NCBI GenBank assembly: GCA_963727485.1
Contig: CAVSGM010000011.1
Span: 192,001 to 256,000, forward strand
DNA: 64,000 nucleotides
From: an uncultured delta proteobacterium
GTDB taxonomy: Bacteria > Myxococcota > Myxococcia > SLRQ01
Reading direction: 5' to 3'
In this document: piece by piece, positions 23,025 through 33,052 of the stretch
How the letters are laid out: every line of letters begins with the position of its first letter
How positions within the stretch are numbered: position 1 is the first letter of the stretch
The notes under the pieces: generated by a model
Database searches by the model: none
Told to the model about the DNA's origin: nothing
Seen by the model: only the letters and a program-made list of their open reading frames with translations
Program-made: the position numbers and the translations under genes

Positions 23025-24096
23025 TTAGCTTTCGGTGAGCGAGACAGCCGTGGGCGCTGTGGCGGCGAGACGCTCCGCCACCTCGCCCACCTGCCCGGCC
23101 ACGTCGTCGATGACGCGGTCCCGCCCGAGGCCCAGCGGTAGCTCCAGGGGCACGACGGGCCGCTCGTCCACCAGGACGCGGGGCAGCGTGCCGGCCCGCC
23201 AGTCCTGGAGCGCGGGTGGGATGGGGACCGGAGATCGTCCCCAGGTCTCGCCATAGAGCTCGAGCCACAGGGGGGTCTCGCGGAGGCGCGCCCAGCGGTG
23301 GAAGTCGAGGCGCAGGGCGGCGTTGTGGCCGGCGACGGTGAGGTAGCGCCCGTAGCCGGTCTGGTCCCGGGCGGAGCGCAGGCCGTCGGTGCTCCCCCAG
23401 CCACGGGCGACGACGCGCCCGACCACGTCGTCGACGAGGGAGGTGTACTGGACGATCCGGCGGGCCAGCTCGGGGCCGAGCTCGGGGGCCTGCAGCGGTA
23501 GGAAGGCCTCGCGGTCCTGGGCGTCGCAGAGGGACAGGAGCTGGCGCACGTTCTCGGCGTCGGCCACCCGTCCCGCGCGGTCGAGCCCCGCGAGGATTCT
23601 CGTGGAGCACCTCCTGCCAACTCACCAGGGCCAGGAGCCTCTCGCCGGCGAGGCGCAGGCGGCGGTCGGGGATGCCGGGCACGGGGGGCAGGGGCGCGGG
23701 CGCGAGGTCGTGGACCCGGCCGACGAGCTCGGGCCACAGGGACTCGAGCCGCAGGCGTGGGGCCAGGACCAGGAGCGTTCCCCCGGGCGGGAGCCGCTCC
23801 AGGTAGGCGACGGGGTGGTTGTCGGTGAGGCCGGCCCAGAACTTGGCCTCCACCAGCACCGCCTCCTGGCCCGCGTCGTCGCGCAGCGCCAGGTCGGGCC
23901 GCTCGCCTCGCTCGCCGGCGCGCTCGTTGTCCACGAAGCAGTCACCGGGGACCTGGCCGCCGAGGTGGTGCACCAGGCCCAGGAGGGCGGCGCGGGCGTC
24001 GGGCGCGGCGCGGAGGATCTCGCCCAAGGCGGTGGTGGCGACGACCTCCGGGTGGGCGGAGAAGCGGCCGACGAGGGACGAGAGGAGGGTGGTCAT
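23025..24096 (-). CDS. Hypothetical protein, PD-(D/E)XK nuclease-like (frameshift near 23600)
   Basis: ERPDL...LVEAKFWAGLTDNHPVAYLERL; C-terminal half in ORF 23025..23567. Confidence 0.6.
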
Positions 24097-24100
24097 CGGC

Positions 24101-24711
24101 TCACGGGAGGACGTACTGGCCGTGGTTCCAGGTGATGACCGTCTTCCGCTTGCCGTCGGCCACGGTGTCCCAGACGAGCCGGTAGTCGGTCTTGCCGATG
24201 TGGATGCCGAGGCCTTGGTCGACCATTTTGAACAGGCGGGGAAGGAGTCTCTTGCGGATGGACTGGAGGCTCGCCTTGGCCTCGTCGAGGGTCTTCGTGT
24301 GGCCAACGAAGTGGAGCACCAGCTGGTGGTCCGTGTCGTTGTAGAAGCACATCAGCGCCGCAAACTTGGGCGTGTAGTCGCTAGGTCGGGGACCTTCTCC
24401 GGGTTGAAACGACGGAACACCGGCGGGTACGGGTCGGCCCGGCCGTCGGCCAGGGCGTGGCTCGCCGAGATGAGCTGAGGCACCAGGGTCTCGATCACGA
24501 GGGCGGCGTAGGCACCCCGGGACACGGCGACGGGCTTATCGAGCTCGGACCCGCGGCTGGCACCCTTCGGCGTCGCGGTGGCTGACGTCGAGGCGGCGTG
24601 GGTCGCGGCCGGCCCCCCGGCGCTGGTGGAGCTTGCCGCCTTGGCCTTCGGGCCGCTGGCAACGCACGGGGTGGCAAAGACGACGGCGAGGGCGGCGACG
24701 AGGACCCGCAT
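24101..24711 (-). CDS. Secreted hypothetical protein (split at 24352; one gene or two)
   Basis: Signal peptide MRVLVAALAVVFATPCVA with AAGGAG RBS; second ORF 24101..24352 abuts it. Confidence 0.45.
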
Positions 24712-24820
24712 TGGAGGCTCCTTGATCCGGTGAGAAGGCGGGGTAGCCCTGCGTCGGTTACTGGCGGGCGCGGGGAATCCCCAACAGTTCCTCCCCTGCG
24801 GGAAGCGTGTCAAGGACGAG

Positions 24821-25459
24821 CTAGGAGGCCGCCATGGACCCCAGCAGCTCGCTGGGCTTCTTGGCCCACATGACCACCAGCTCGTCGCGGGCGCGGGTCA
24901 TGGCGACGTAGAGGAGCTGGCGCTCGCGGGCGGTGGCGGCGGCGCGCAGGGCCGGGTCGCGCTCGCGCTTCACCGCGGCGGGGAGCGGCAGGAAGCCGCG
25001 GCTCACGCTGGCGAGGAGCACGGCCTTGAACTCGAGGCCCTTGGCGCCGTGCATGGTGCCGAAGCCGATGCCCTCGGCGTCGTCGTCGCCCTTGGCGAGG
25101 CGGCGGCAGGGCAGGCCCGCGGCCTCGGCGGCGGCGCGCAGGGCGTCGAGGCGATTGGTGGTCCGGGCGAAGACGGCGATGGCCCCGGGCTCGAGGCCGT
25201 CTGCGAGCCAGGCCTGGAGCTGCGCGATCATGCCGGCGGCCTCGGCCTCCTGGGTGTCGAAGCCGCGGATCACGGGCTCGGGCCCCTTGAGCAGGCTGCG
25301 GGCGTGGACGCGGCGCTCGGTGCCGCCGTCGAGGTCGTCGACCTCGTCGCCGAGGACCCGGTCGGCGGCGCGGCGGATCTCCTCGGTGGTGCGGTAGTTG
25401 AGGCGCAGCACGCGGGAGCAGCCGCGGAAGTCGAGGCCGAGGGCGGTGACACGGCCTTG
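24821..25459 (-). pseudogene. 5'-truncated paralogue of the UvrD-like helicase at 39906-41973 (C-terminal ~210 aa only)
   Basis: LRLNYRTTEEIRRAADRVLGDEVDDLD, GTMHGAKGLEFKAV and ERQLLYVAMTRARDEL are identical to the full copy; no Walker A. Confidence 0.85.
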
Positions 25460-25645
25460 GTCTGCTCCACACCGGACTGCGCAGCTCCTACAGGTTTCTT
25501 GCGCTCCGAAAGCGGTTGCTCACGGAGAATGCGCCCACCGCGAGTACATACCTGAAACTCTCGCCTCAAGGACCTTTACGTCGGTGGTAAGCTTCAGGAG
25601 CCATGGTGTAGCACGATACGGGTGGTCGGAGAGGAGCGGGGATAG

Positions 25646-26797
25646 GTGCATCGACGGCTTCAGGTGGAGATCGATGGGGCGTCGTGGACGGACAACCATC
25701 AGACAGTGCCACCTAGGCTTGCTGGCGCAGCCGGGTATCGATGGGTAAGCGTCGGGGAGATGCTTCTCCACACGGCTCTCCGGACCCGTCCCCCAATGCG
25801 TTCCGGGTACCACCTTTCCGACTTTTGGGCTTGGCTTCGGTATCTACCGGCAGTCTCGGATCAGGATGGCTTGGCCCTTCGCTTGGGTTGGCAAGAACTT
25901 GACCCGCATCAGAAGACAATTCTGTCAGATGACTGGGGCGTCGGCTTCACTAGCGGACTGATTGGTGAGCTGCTCGATGTAAGAGCTTGGGCCGACACGC
26001 GGCACTTAGCGAACGTTGCCGCTCCAAGCATCGTCAACATCATAGGGACTGGCAAGCGAGGGCCAAACAAGTCTCCGGACTTCATTGGCGTGACTGCCCA
26101 GCTTGAGGTCATAGTGCTTGAGAGCAAGGGGACACAGTCAAACCGTGACTACCTCCGACGGCAGATGGACGGGGGTGTTTCCCAGAAAGCGTCCGTCCAG
26201 TTCACGGGATTCGCCGCCGACCAAAGTCTCGTAGCGGGGCTATATGTGCCACTTGAAGGAGGAGACGAAGAAGCGTTGATCTCCGTGCGTGACCCTCCGG
26301 TGTTGCGACGCGGTCCCGGACCTGATGGACTACGCGAGGCGCTGGCTGCCGCGATATTGCGATTTGAGGTTGGCAGCTTCCTGCAGATGATGGGCTTTAC
26401 GGAATTGGGCTGGATGCTTGCGACTGGGTTGGGTCCGGAGCCAAGCGGGGGAACAGATTGGTACACGGAGCTTGAACGGCAGCTGGTCGACCATTCGCGG
26501 GCGAACGAGTCATACCTGGGAGCGGAGCGCGCCTTTGCTCTGCCGGTGAGCCAACAAGACGGTGTCCGGGCTCGCCGAGCTGTTGTTGGTCGATTGATGC
26601 TTGCGCGCTCCCTGCTTCAGGAGATGGCAAAGCTGGGGGCGGATGCCGTATTCCGGGAACGTGCCCGTAGTCTCGGGCAGCGGTACCCATCTGTGAGTTC
26701 GGGCAATCTCCTACACGAAGAGCCGCAGAAGCCTGGCCCTGAACGGTACGCTTACGAAGCCCCAAGTGGAGTCAGAGTGGAGGCGGAGTGGCTATAG
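25646..26797 (+). CDS. Hypothetical restriction-endonuclease-like protein (PD-(D/E)XK), low GC
   Basis: KSPDFIG...IVLESKGTQS motif; 383 aa ORF with atypical codon usage. Confidence 0.65.
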   Translation: MHRRLQVEIDGASWTDNHQTVPPRLAGAAGYRWVSVGEMLLHTALRTRPPMRSGYHLSDFWAWLRYLPAVSDQDGLALRLGWQELDPHQKTILSDDWGVGFTSGLIGELLDVRAWADTRHLANVAAPSIVNIIGTGKRGPNKSPDFIGVTAQLEVIVLESKGTQSNRDYLRRQMDGGVSQKASVQFTGFAADQSLVAGLYVPLEGGDEEALISVRDPPVLRRGPGPDGLREALAAAILRFEVGSFLQMMGFTELGWMLATGLGPEPSGGTDWYTELERQLVDHSRANESYLGAERAFALPVSQQDGVRARRAVVGRLMLARSLLQEMAKLGADAVFRERARSLGQRYPSVSSGNLLHEEPQKPGPERYAYEAPSGVRVEAEWL

Positions 26798-26848
26798 GCG
26801 GGGAGCCACCTATCTTGGCATCATCTCCTGCGCCGCCGAGCGTGAGTC

Positions 26849-27708
26849 ATGACGAACTATGAACTTCAGGTCCAACTGGTCGAGAAGGCTCTCGAGGACA
26901 TCGGCAAGCCCGAGGTTACTAGTGCGGAGATCCGTACTTGGCTTGAAGGGCACGAGGCACCTTCGTGGTCCCAGCTTGAGCGAAGCTTCTCAACGTACCT
27001 GACGATTGCGGTTCAGGATCCTCACAATCGGATTGAACGAACCCCGAATCGGTATACGTAACTCTCTGAGGAGCGCTCCACTACAGGAGAGTGCCGCGCC
27101 GGCCTCAACAGAGGTGCCCAGTGAGACTGAAGCCGCCCAACGCCAGGCTCGAGAGGTTCACCTCTACCCGGCCCTCGCGAACTGGATGAGAGCCAGGGGG
27201 TTCAGGGCTCGCGTCACAGGCGAAGTTCGGGCCGGTGGAACGTGGGGCAATCCGGACGTTACGGGGCTTAAGATCGTGGAGGGTTTCCTCTCGCAGAGGT
27301 CGATCGAGATTGTAACAATTGAAGCTAAACTCGGCCTCGCCTATTGGCGGCACTACTTCTTCGAGGCCGTTGCTCACAAGCGCTTTTCCAATCGTGCGTA
27401 TTTCTCCTTTGCGCTTGGCTCGGATGAGCCCTCGGTCGCGGACGTACCGGATGCAGAAGCACTCCGAGAGTACGCAGAGAAGTACGGTGTCGGAGTTCTG
27501 TTGTGTTCCTTCCCGCGAAGACATACGAGACACTGGCAACCTCCGCCTATTTCTAGGGTTTTCGCTAGCACTGGACGAGATACGAGTAGAGGAGCTCTGG
27601 CCAGCCCTCTACGAGAGGGTAACCCCCGCGACACGGGTGTGGTACTTGGGCGATGTGCTTTGTCTCGCGGACGACGCGCAAGTGTACGACTTCGATGATG
27701 GGGACTAG
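26849..27708 (+). CDS. HrgA/COG2958-like protein: N-terminal helical domain plus nuclease-like domain (two frameshifts)
   Basis: EVHLYPAL..W, WGNPDVTG, TIEAK, FFEAVAH..FSNRAY. Confidence 0.6.
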
Positions 27709-29262
27709 CCGATAGCCTTGGCCCACTGGACTATGCCAGCCTCGCGGCCCGGTGCCAGGGCCACCGCTCCAACTCCGTCGACAACATCTCCGGGCAGGGC
27801 GGGGAAGAACACGCTCGGGGCGCCAGGGTAAAGCACCCAAGCGGAGCGGGCGCCCTCAAGCGCGTCCCGGTATGTATGCATCTTGTAGAGGTCCCCGCGC
27901 CTGTATGTGGAGTCGTTGCCCAACTCATCGGCATCGCCGGACGACCAGCTGGCGAGTGACCGAAGTCGAAATTTGGCGTCAAAGACATGGAGGCCGGCCT
28001 CGGGGCCATCCGGCACGCGCAGGATGATGTCGGGGCGGAGGACCACGGAGGTCGAACGGTTCTCGCCGGTACGCGAGAAGGTGGCGTTGTAGGCAAGCTG
28101 CGTCCCATCGGGCCAAGTCACCTCGACACCCCGGGCCAGGGTCACGTTGAACCCGGCGAGTCCACCGTCGACCATCAGCGCCCGACTGGGCTTGCCGCGG
28201 ACCTGCTCCACGGCGCGCTCGACGACGAAGAAGCACCACAGCTCGTACAGCGTGGCGATGTCCTTGAGCTCCAAGAGGTCGTTCAGCGGGTCCCGGGAGA
28301 GCGGGAGGCGGCTGGCGAGGCGGAGCCGGACGTAGTGCTGGAAGACCTGGCGGTAGCCGAAGCGGCGCTGGAGGACGGTGGAGGCCGCGGGGAGCTGGTG
28401 CATGTCGCCAACGTCCTCCCACATGGGGTGCCGGCGGAGCGGGTCGAGGATGTTGCCCAGGCGGTCGCAGTCCTGGCGGAGGCGGTCGCGGAAAGCGGGG
28501 CTCACGCCCTTCCCGCCCGCAGCCATGCGGACCCGCTCAACGATGTCCGCCGCCTGGTCGAGAAAGGCCCGGACGAAGCGGTTCTCGGGGGTGTCGACGG
28601 TGGTCCGCCGGTGGTCCTCCTCGACCCGCTCCGGCAGGTATCCACCCAAGGCGGCGGCGACGGGGCCGGCGCCCGCAGCCTCCATCAGCCGGCCGGGCCG
28701 GGTGACGAGCTGCATCAGGGACCAGGTGCCCACCGAGCGTGCCCGCTCCAGGGGTACGGTCCGGCCCACGGGGGCGAACCGGACGTGGGGATTTCGCAGC
28801 ACGGCGCGGACGGCGTCGACCAGCCCCGAGCCATCGCCCGGCCGAGTCGTGAGGACGTGCCGTAGGTACACGAAGGCGTGGTACAGCAGCGGGCTTCCGT
28901 CGCTGACCTGGCTGTACTCGAGGCCCGGGCCGGTGCCCGAAGCGAAGGGCAGGGCGCTGGCGATCTCGGTCAGCTCGCCCAGGAGCCGGTCGAAGTCGGC
29001 CTCGCCCCACTTTCCGCTGACGAGCTCCACGTCACCGAGGTGGGGCAGCCGGAGGCGGCCGACGGCGTTGACGAAGTGGAGGAAGGCGACGCCCGGGGTC
29101 ACGAGCTCGCTGTGCTCGGGGACGGCGGCGACGAGGTCATCGACGGCTGCGACCGGGCCGGTGACTTGCCAGTCTCGCTCGGAGGTGAGGACCCAACGGC
29201 CCCCGTCGCGCGGGGGGCGCTCCTTGGTCCGGCGGTCGCAGAGTCTCGAGGACGCCGGCCAC
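27705..29262 (-). CDS. McrC-like nuclease (DUF2357 + PD-(D/E)XK); start approximate
   Basis: DTPENRFV, LYELWCF, LRPDI, FDAKFR, KMHTYRDAL; immediately downstream of McrB-like gene. Confidence 0.88.
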
Positions 29263-29264
29263 GG

Positions 29265-32154
29265 CTACTCGATGAAGGAGGTGAAGCCCTGCTGGCGGAG
29301 GCGCTGCTCCATGCGCCAGAGCTTGGCGGCGGTGCGCGGCAGCTCCGGAGGCTCGATGGCCTCGCTGGTGGGGTGGAGGCGGTCGCCATCACCATCGAAC
29401 TGGTCGAAGGGCACGGCCCCCGGCGCCAGCGCGGTCTCGGGCTTGGTGGTCACGGCGAAGGCGAAGAGCATGGACAGCAGCTCCTCGAGCTCCTGCTGGG
29501 TGCCGTGGAGCTTGGGCAGCACCTTCATGAGCAGGGCCAGGTCCAGGGCGGCCCAGAGAGTGGCGTCGTCGGTGCCGGCCTGCTCCGAGGCCAGCATCAC
29601 GAAGCGGCCAATCTCGTCGGCCACCCGGTAGGCGAAGTGGCGGTTGGACCGGCGCAGGAGGCCGTGGAGGTCGAGCACCACCTTGCGGAGGCGGCCGCCG
29701 GCCAGGGTGCCCAGGGCGTCCCAGTCCTGGTGCGCCGGGTTGCCGCGCAGTTCCAGGCGGTCGGGCATCTGGGTGAGGCGCAGCTCCGCGGTGGCGACGT
29801 CCTCGTCGTCGGGGCCGGGATTGCCGAAGGCGGCGAGATCGACCTGGTTCAGCTCGATGGTGAAGGCGCGGTCGAGAACCTTGGGGCTGAACAGGTACGT
29901 GGTCTCGTCGACGTTCACGGTGCCGACGAAGAAGAGGTTCCGGGGGATGGCCAGAGTCTTCGGGATGGCCCGGCCGTCTCCCGGTCTCGCCGCTGGCGAC
30001 GCCGTCGTCGGTGTGGAGCTGGAGCGGCTTGCCCGACTCGAGGCAGGACAGGAAGTCGGCGAAGTAGTGCTCCACGCGGGCCAGGTTCATCTCGTCGAGG
30101 ATGGCAAAGTAGGGCGCTGGCTCCCGCTCCTCCCGGTCTGCCGCCCGGACCTCGGCGCTGGCTGCCAGCAGGAGGTCGAGGAACGGCGTGGAGACGTACT
30201 GCTGCAGGATGGGGTTGAAGTAGCCAAGCAGCCCCCGGCCGTCGGTCCAGTCCGGGCGGACGGGGATGACGGCCGAGGTCTCGCTGGGCGCGGTCTTGCG
30301 CTGGACGACCCTGGGCACGCCGATGATGAGGCGATCGGCGTCCTCCCCGCTCTCCACGTCGATGTAGAACTCGTCCCCCTCGTTCAGCGCCGAGTGGAAC
30401 CACTGGTTCGCCTCGCCGCGGAGGAGGACGGCCGTGGCGCTGGCGCCATCCCGGCTCAGGCGCAGCCGCTGCCGGCCCTTGGGGTAGGTCACCTCGACCT
30501 CCGGACGCTCCCCCCGGTCGTTCGCCGGTGGCAGGGTCACGGTCTCCAGCAGGCGCTTGGGCAGGATGAAGCGGTTGTACCGCAGCATGTAGGGGAAGAC
30601 GGTGAGCTGGAAGGCGCCGTCGGGCACCTCCGCGGCCTGGGTGATGGCTGGCCGCTCCTCGGCGAGGGCCTCGGCGACGGCCATGGCGAGCCGGGTCTTC
30701 CCGGTGCCGGAGATGCCGCTCAAGGATGACGAACCGTTTGGTCTGGAGGGCCAGGAGGTAGGTGGACAGGAGCTCGTCGCTGAAGATGAGCTCGGCGTCC
30801 CGGACCTTCTCGACCACCCGCTCGAAGACCGATGGTGGCTTGGGCGCCACGGCTCCGGTTGTCTTCGGCGGCGGCTGGTAGGAGACGATGCCCTTGTAGA
30901 GGTCGAGGGGCACGTCGGCGACCTGGGTCACCTCCCACGGTTGCTGCTTGGGGATGGTCCGAGGCTCGGTGTCCGTCCACTCCACGGCGACGGTTTGGCG
31001 CCACTCGGGGCGGTTCTCCCGGAAGGCGTAACCGGGCTCCACGACCGTGCCGATGCCGAGGATCTCGTTGATGCCGCGGTTGGCGACCACGATGTCGCCC
31101 GGACGCAGCTCGCGGAGGGTCCAGAGCTCCTTGGCCTTCTTGGTGACGGTGCCTTCCGACCCCTGGTACTGGTCCAGGTACTTCTTGGCGAAGGCCTCCC
31201 GGAAGTGACTCGAAGTCGTCGTATTGGCCGAGGTCGCCCACGGCGTCCCAGGTGGTACAGGCGTAGCCGCCGTCGCGGCACTCCAGCCAGTACCGGGCAT
31301 CCTCTCCGGGCTCAATCTTGACCACGCGAGGAGGCGCTTGGCCAGCCAGGAGTTCGAGGAGTGCCTTGGCCTCGCCAGGGGCCACGGGGAAGACGGTGCC
31401 CTGTGGTGCCCGCAGGAGGAGTAGGCCGACGAGGCGCGGATCGCTGCGCAGGGTCTCGCGGTCGACGGGCTCGTCACGAACCTGGCGAATCCCGAGCCGG
31501 ACACGTACCGCCTTCTCGTCGACGCCGCCCCCGAGCACGAACTCCTGCTCATCATCGGGCAGTTCCATGACTTCCGGGCCTGCGAGGACCTCGGCACGGG
31601 CGAGGAGCCCACCATCCTTGCCACTCTCCCAGAGGAAGACCTGGTCGCCCGGGGTGATGCGCTTTGCGTACCTGCGCACGCTCCAGGTGACCTCGGTGAG
31701 CTCCGCCAGGGCGTCGCGTAGGTTGAAGTGGTCGGGGTTGGCCTGGAAGATCCAGGTGCTCCGCTCTGGCGACAGGCGTCGTCGCCGCCCCGGAGGTCAC
31801 CGCCGCACGAATTGGCGCCGGGTCGCGTTCCGGGTCGTAGGCCCGGTACCGGCCGCGGTCCAGCCGGAAGAAGAGGTCGGGGACGTTGCCGGTCGAGTAG
31901 TTCAGGCGGGCCGGGACGTTGGTCGTGAGACTGGTGAGTTGGGCGCGAGCCGTCCCCTCGCGAACCTTGGGGTAGTGCTCTTCGAACCACGCAATGGCAT
32001 CCGTCGCGCCAAAGGTCTGCCCGGGCTCCAGCGTCTCAAGAAACTCCTCGCAGAGCTCCGCTACCGTCTTGTCGTAGATCCGACCCCGGTTCTGGGCGGG
32101 CGCGTCCCGCTCGGAGGTCGCGGGAGGAAGGCCCCTCGTGTGATCAACGGTCAT
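29265..32154 (-). CDS. McrB-like AAA+ GTPase with several N-terminal DNA-reader domains (about four frameshifts)
   Basis: KRFVILSGISGTGKT, VRPDWTD..GLLGY.NPI, LDEMNLARVEHYFADFLS, GTVNVDETT..FSPKVLDRA; EVE-like TWIFQANP. Confidence 0.88.
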
Positions 32155-33048
32155 CGGCGGCTCCGGGATGGTCCGCGGCAAGCTCATCGAAGTACCGGAA
32201 GAGAGAGAGGGTGACGCTCAAGACAAAGTGAGCATCGTACCGGCTCACCTCATGCCGAATGCCGTGCGCTGCGGTATGCGTACGAGGCTAGCAATTCCCC
32301 TCATGACGTTCTCGAGGGCCTCTCGGCGCTGCTTGTCCAGGACTGTCGTCTTGGGACCAACTCGTTCGGGAGTGCTTGGTAGTGCTCCGGAGTCAGTTCC
32401 TGGTGTCAGAGGTCTCATCCGGGAGTACAATCGCTCGAACGGCGATTTCCACCGCGCGACTGCAGTCGGTCACACATGCGCGGAAGTTGCCTGTCGTCCG
32501 AACTGTGTCTCGGCATCTCGGAGGCTGCCATGGCCTCCGCGAGTTTCGGGTTCCGCCGGCGTGCGAAGGCAACTCGAAGACCTCGTAGTCGCCCTCGCCG
32601 GCCGCCTTGAGGAGGCCAAGCCAATGATCGCGGGGCACGCGGTACTCAATACTCTCTGGTCACTCGCTGTGCGGTCGACAACGTGGCGGATTCGAAGCCG
32701 GCCCTTTCCTCCTCGCAAGGCGGTCAGGCATCGAGGGAGACTGTCAGTGGAAGGGAATGGACGTATCGCGCCATCCCGTGCGACTCCAAGCGCCTGAGCC
32801 ACTTCCTAGTGACCGGGGGCCATGTTGAATGCGGTACTCACGGCCGGATGGGCCATCGGTCCACAATGGGTGCCTCGCCCTCTACATGAAGGCGGTGGTG
32901 CCCTATATCGCCCCAGTAGTGGTAGCCCATGAGCTGGATGGGTGCCGTCCCTGCTGTTCACCACCGGCTTTGACGGGGAAGCGAAGGGCCAGCGTTCCGT
33001 ATTCGTCTAGCCGGACATTTCCGGCGGCTTCAAGTCGAGATAGACCAT
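32144..33048 (-). CDS. Heavily frameshifted hypothetical gene, putative C-terminal HEPN-like domain
   Basis: ATG 4 nt after MTase stop; pieces VPRDHWLGLLKAAGEGDYEVFELP, GNFRACVTDCSRAVE, RTHTAAH..RYDAHFVLSVTLSLFRY; stop overlaps McrB start. Confidence 0.5.
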
Positions 33049-33052
33049 TGGC

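Noticed and set aside
24821..25459. UvrD duplicate as a DGR template repeat
   Set aside because: No reverse transcriptase in the window; differences are not adenine-specific and the repeat is too long and diverged
32168..32797. Plus-strand 209 aa ORF between MTase and McrB
   Set aside because: The minus-strand stitched reading fits the operon spacing and gives more protein-like sequence
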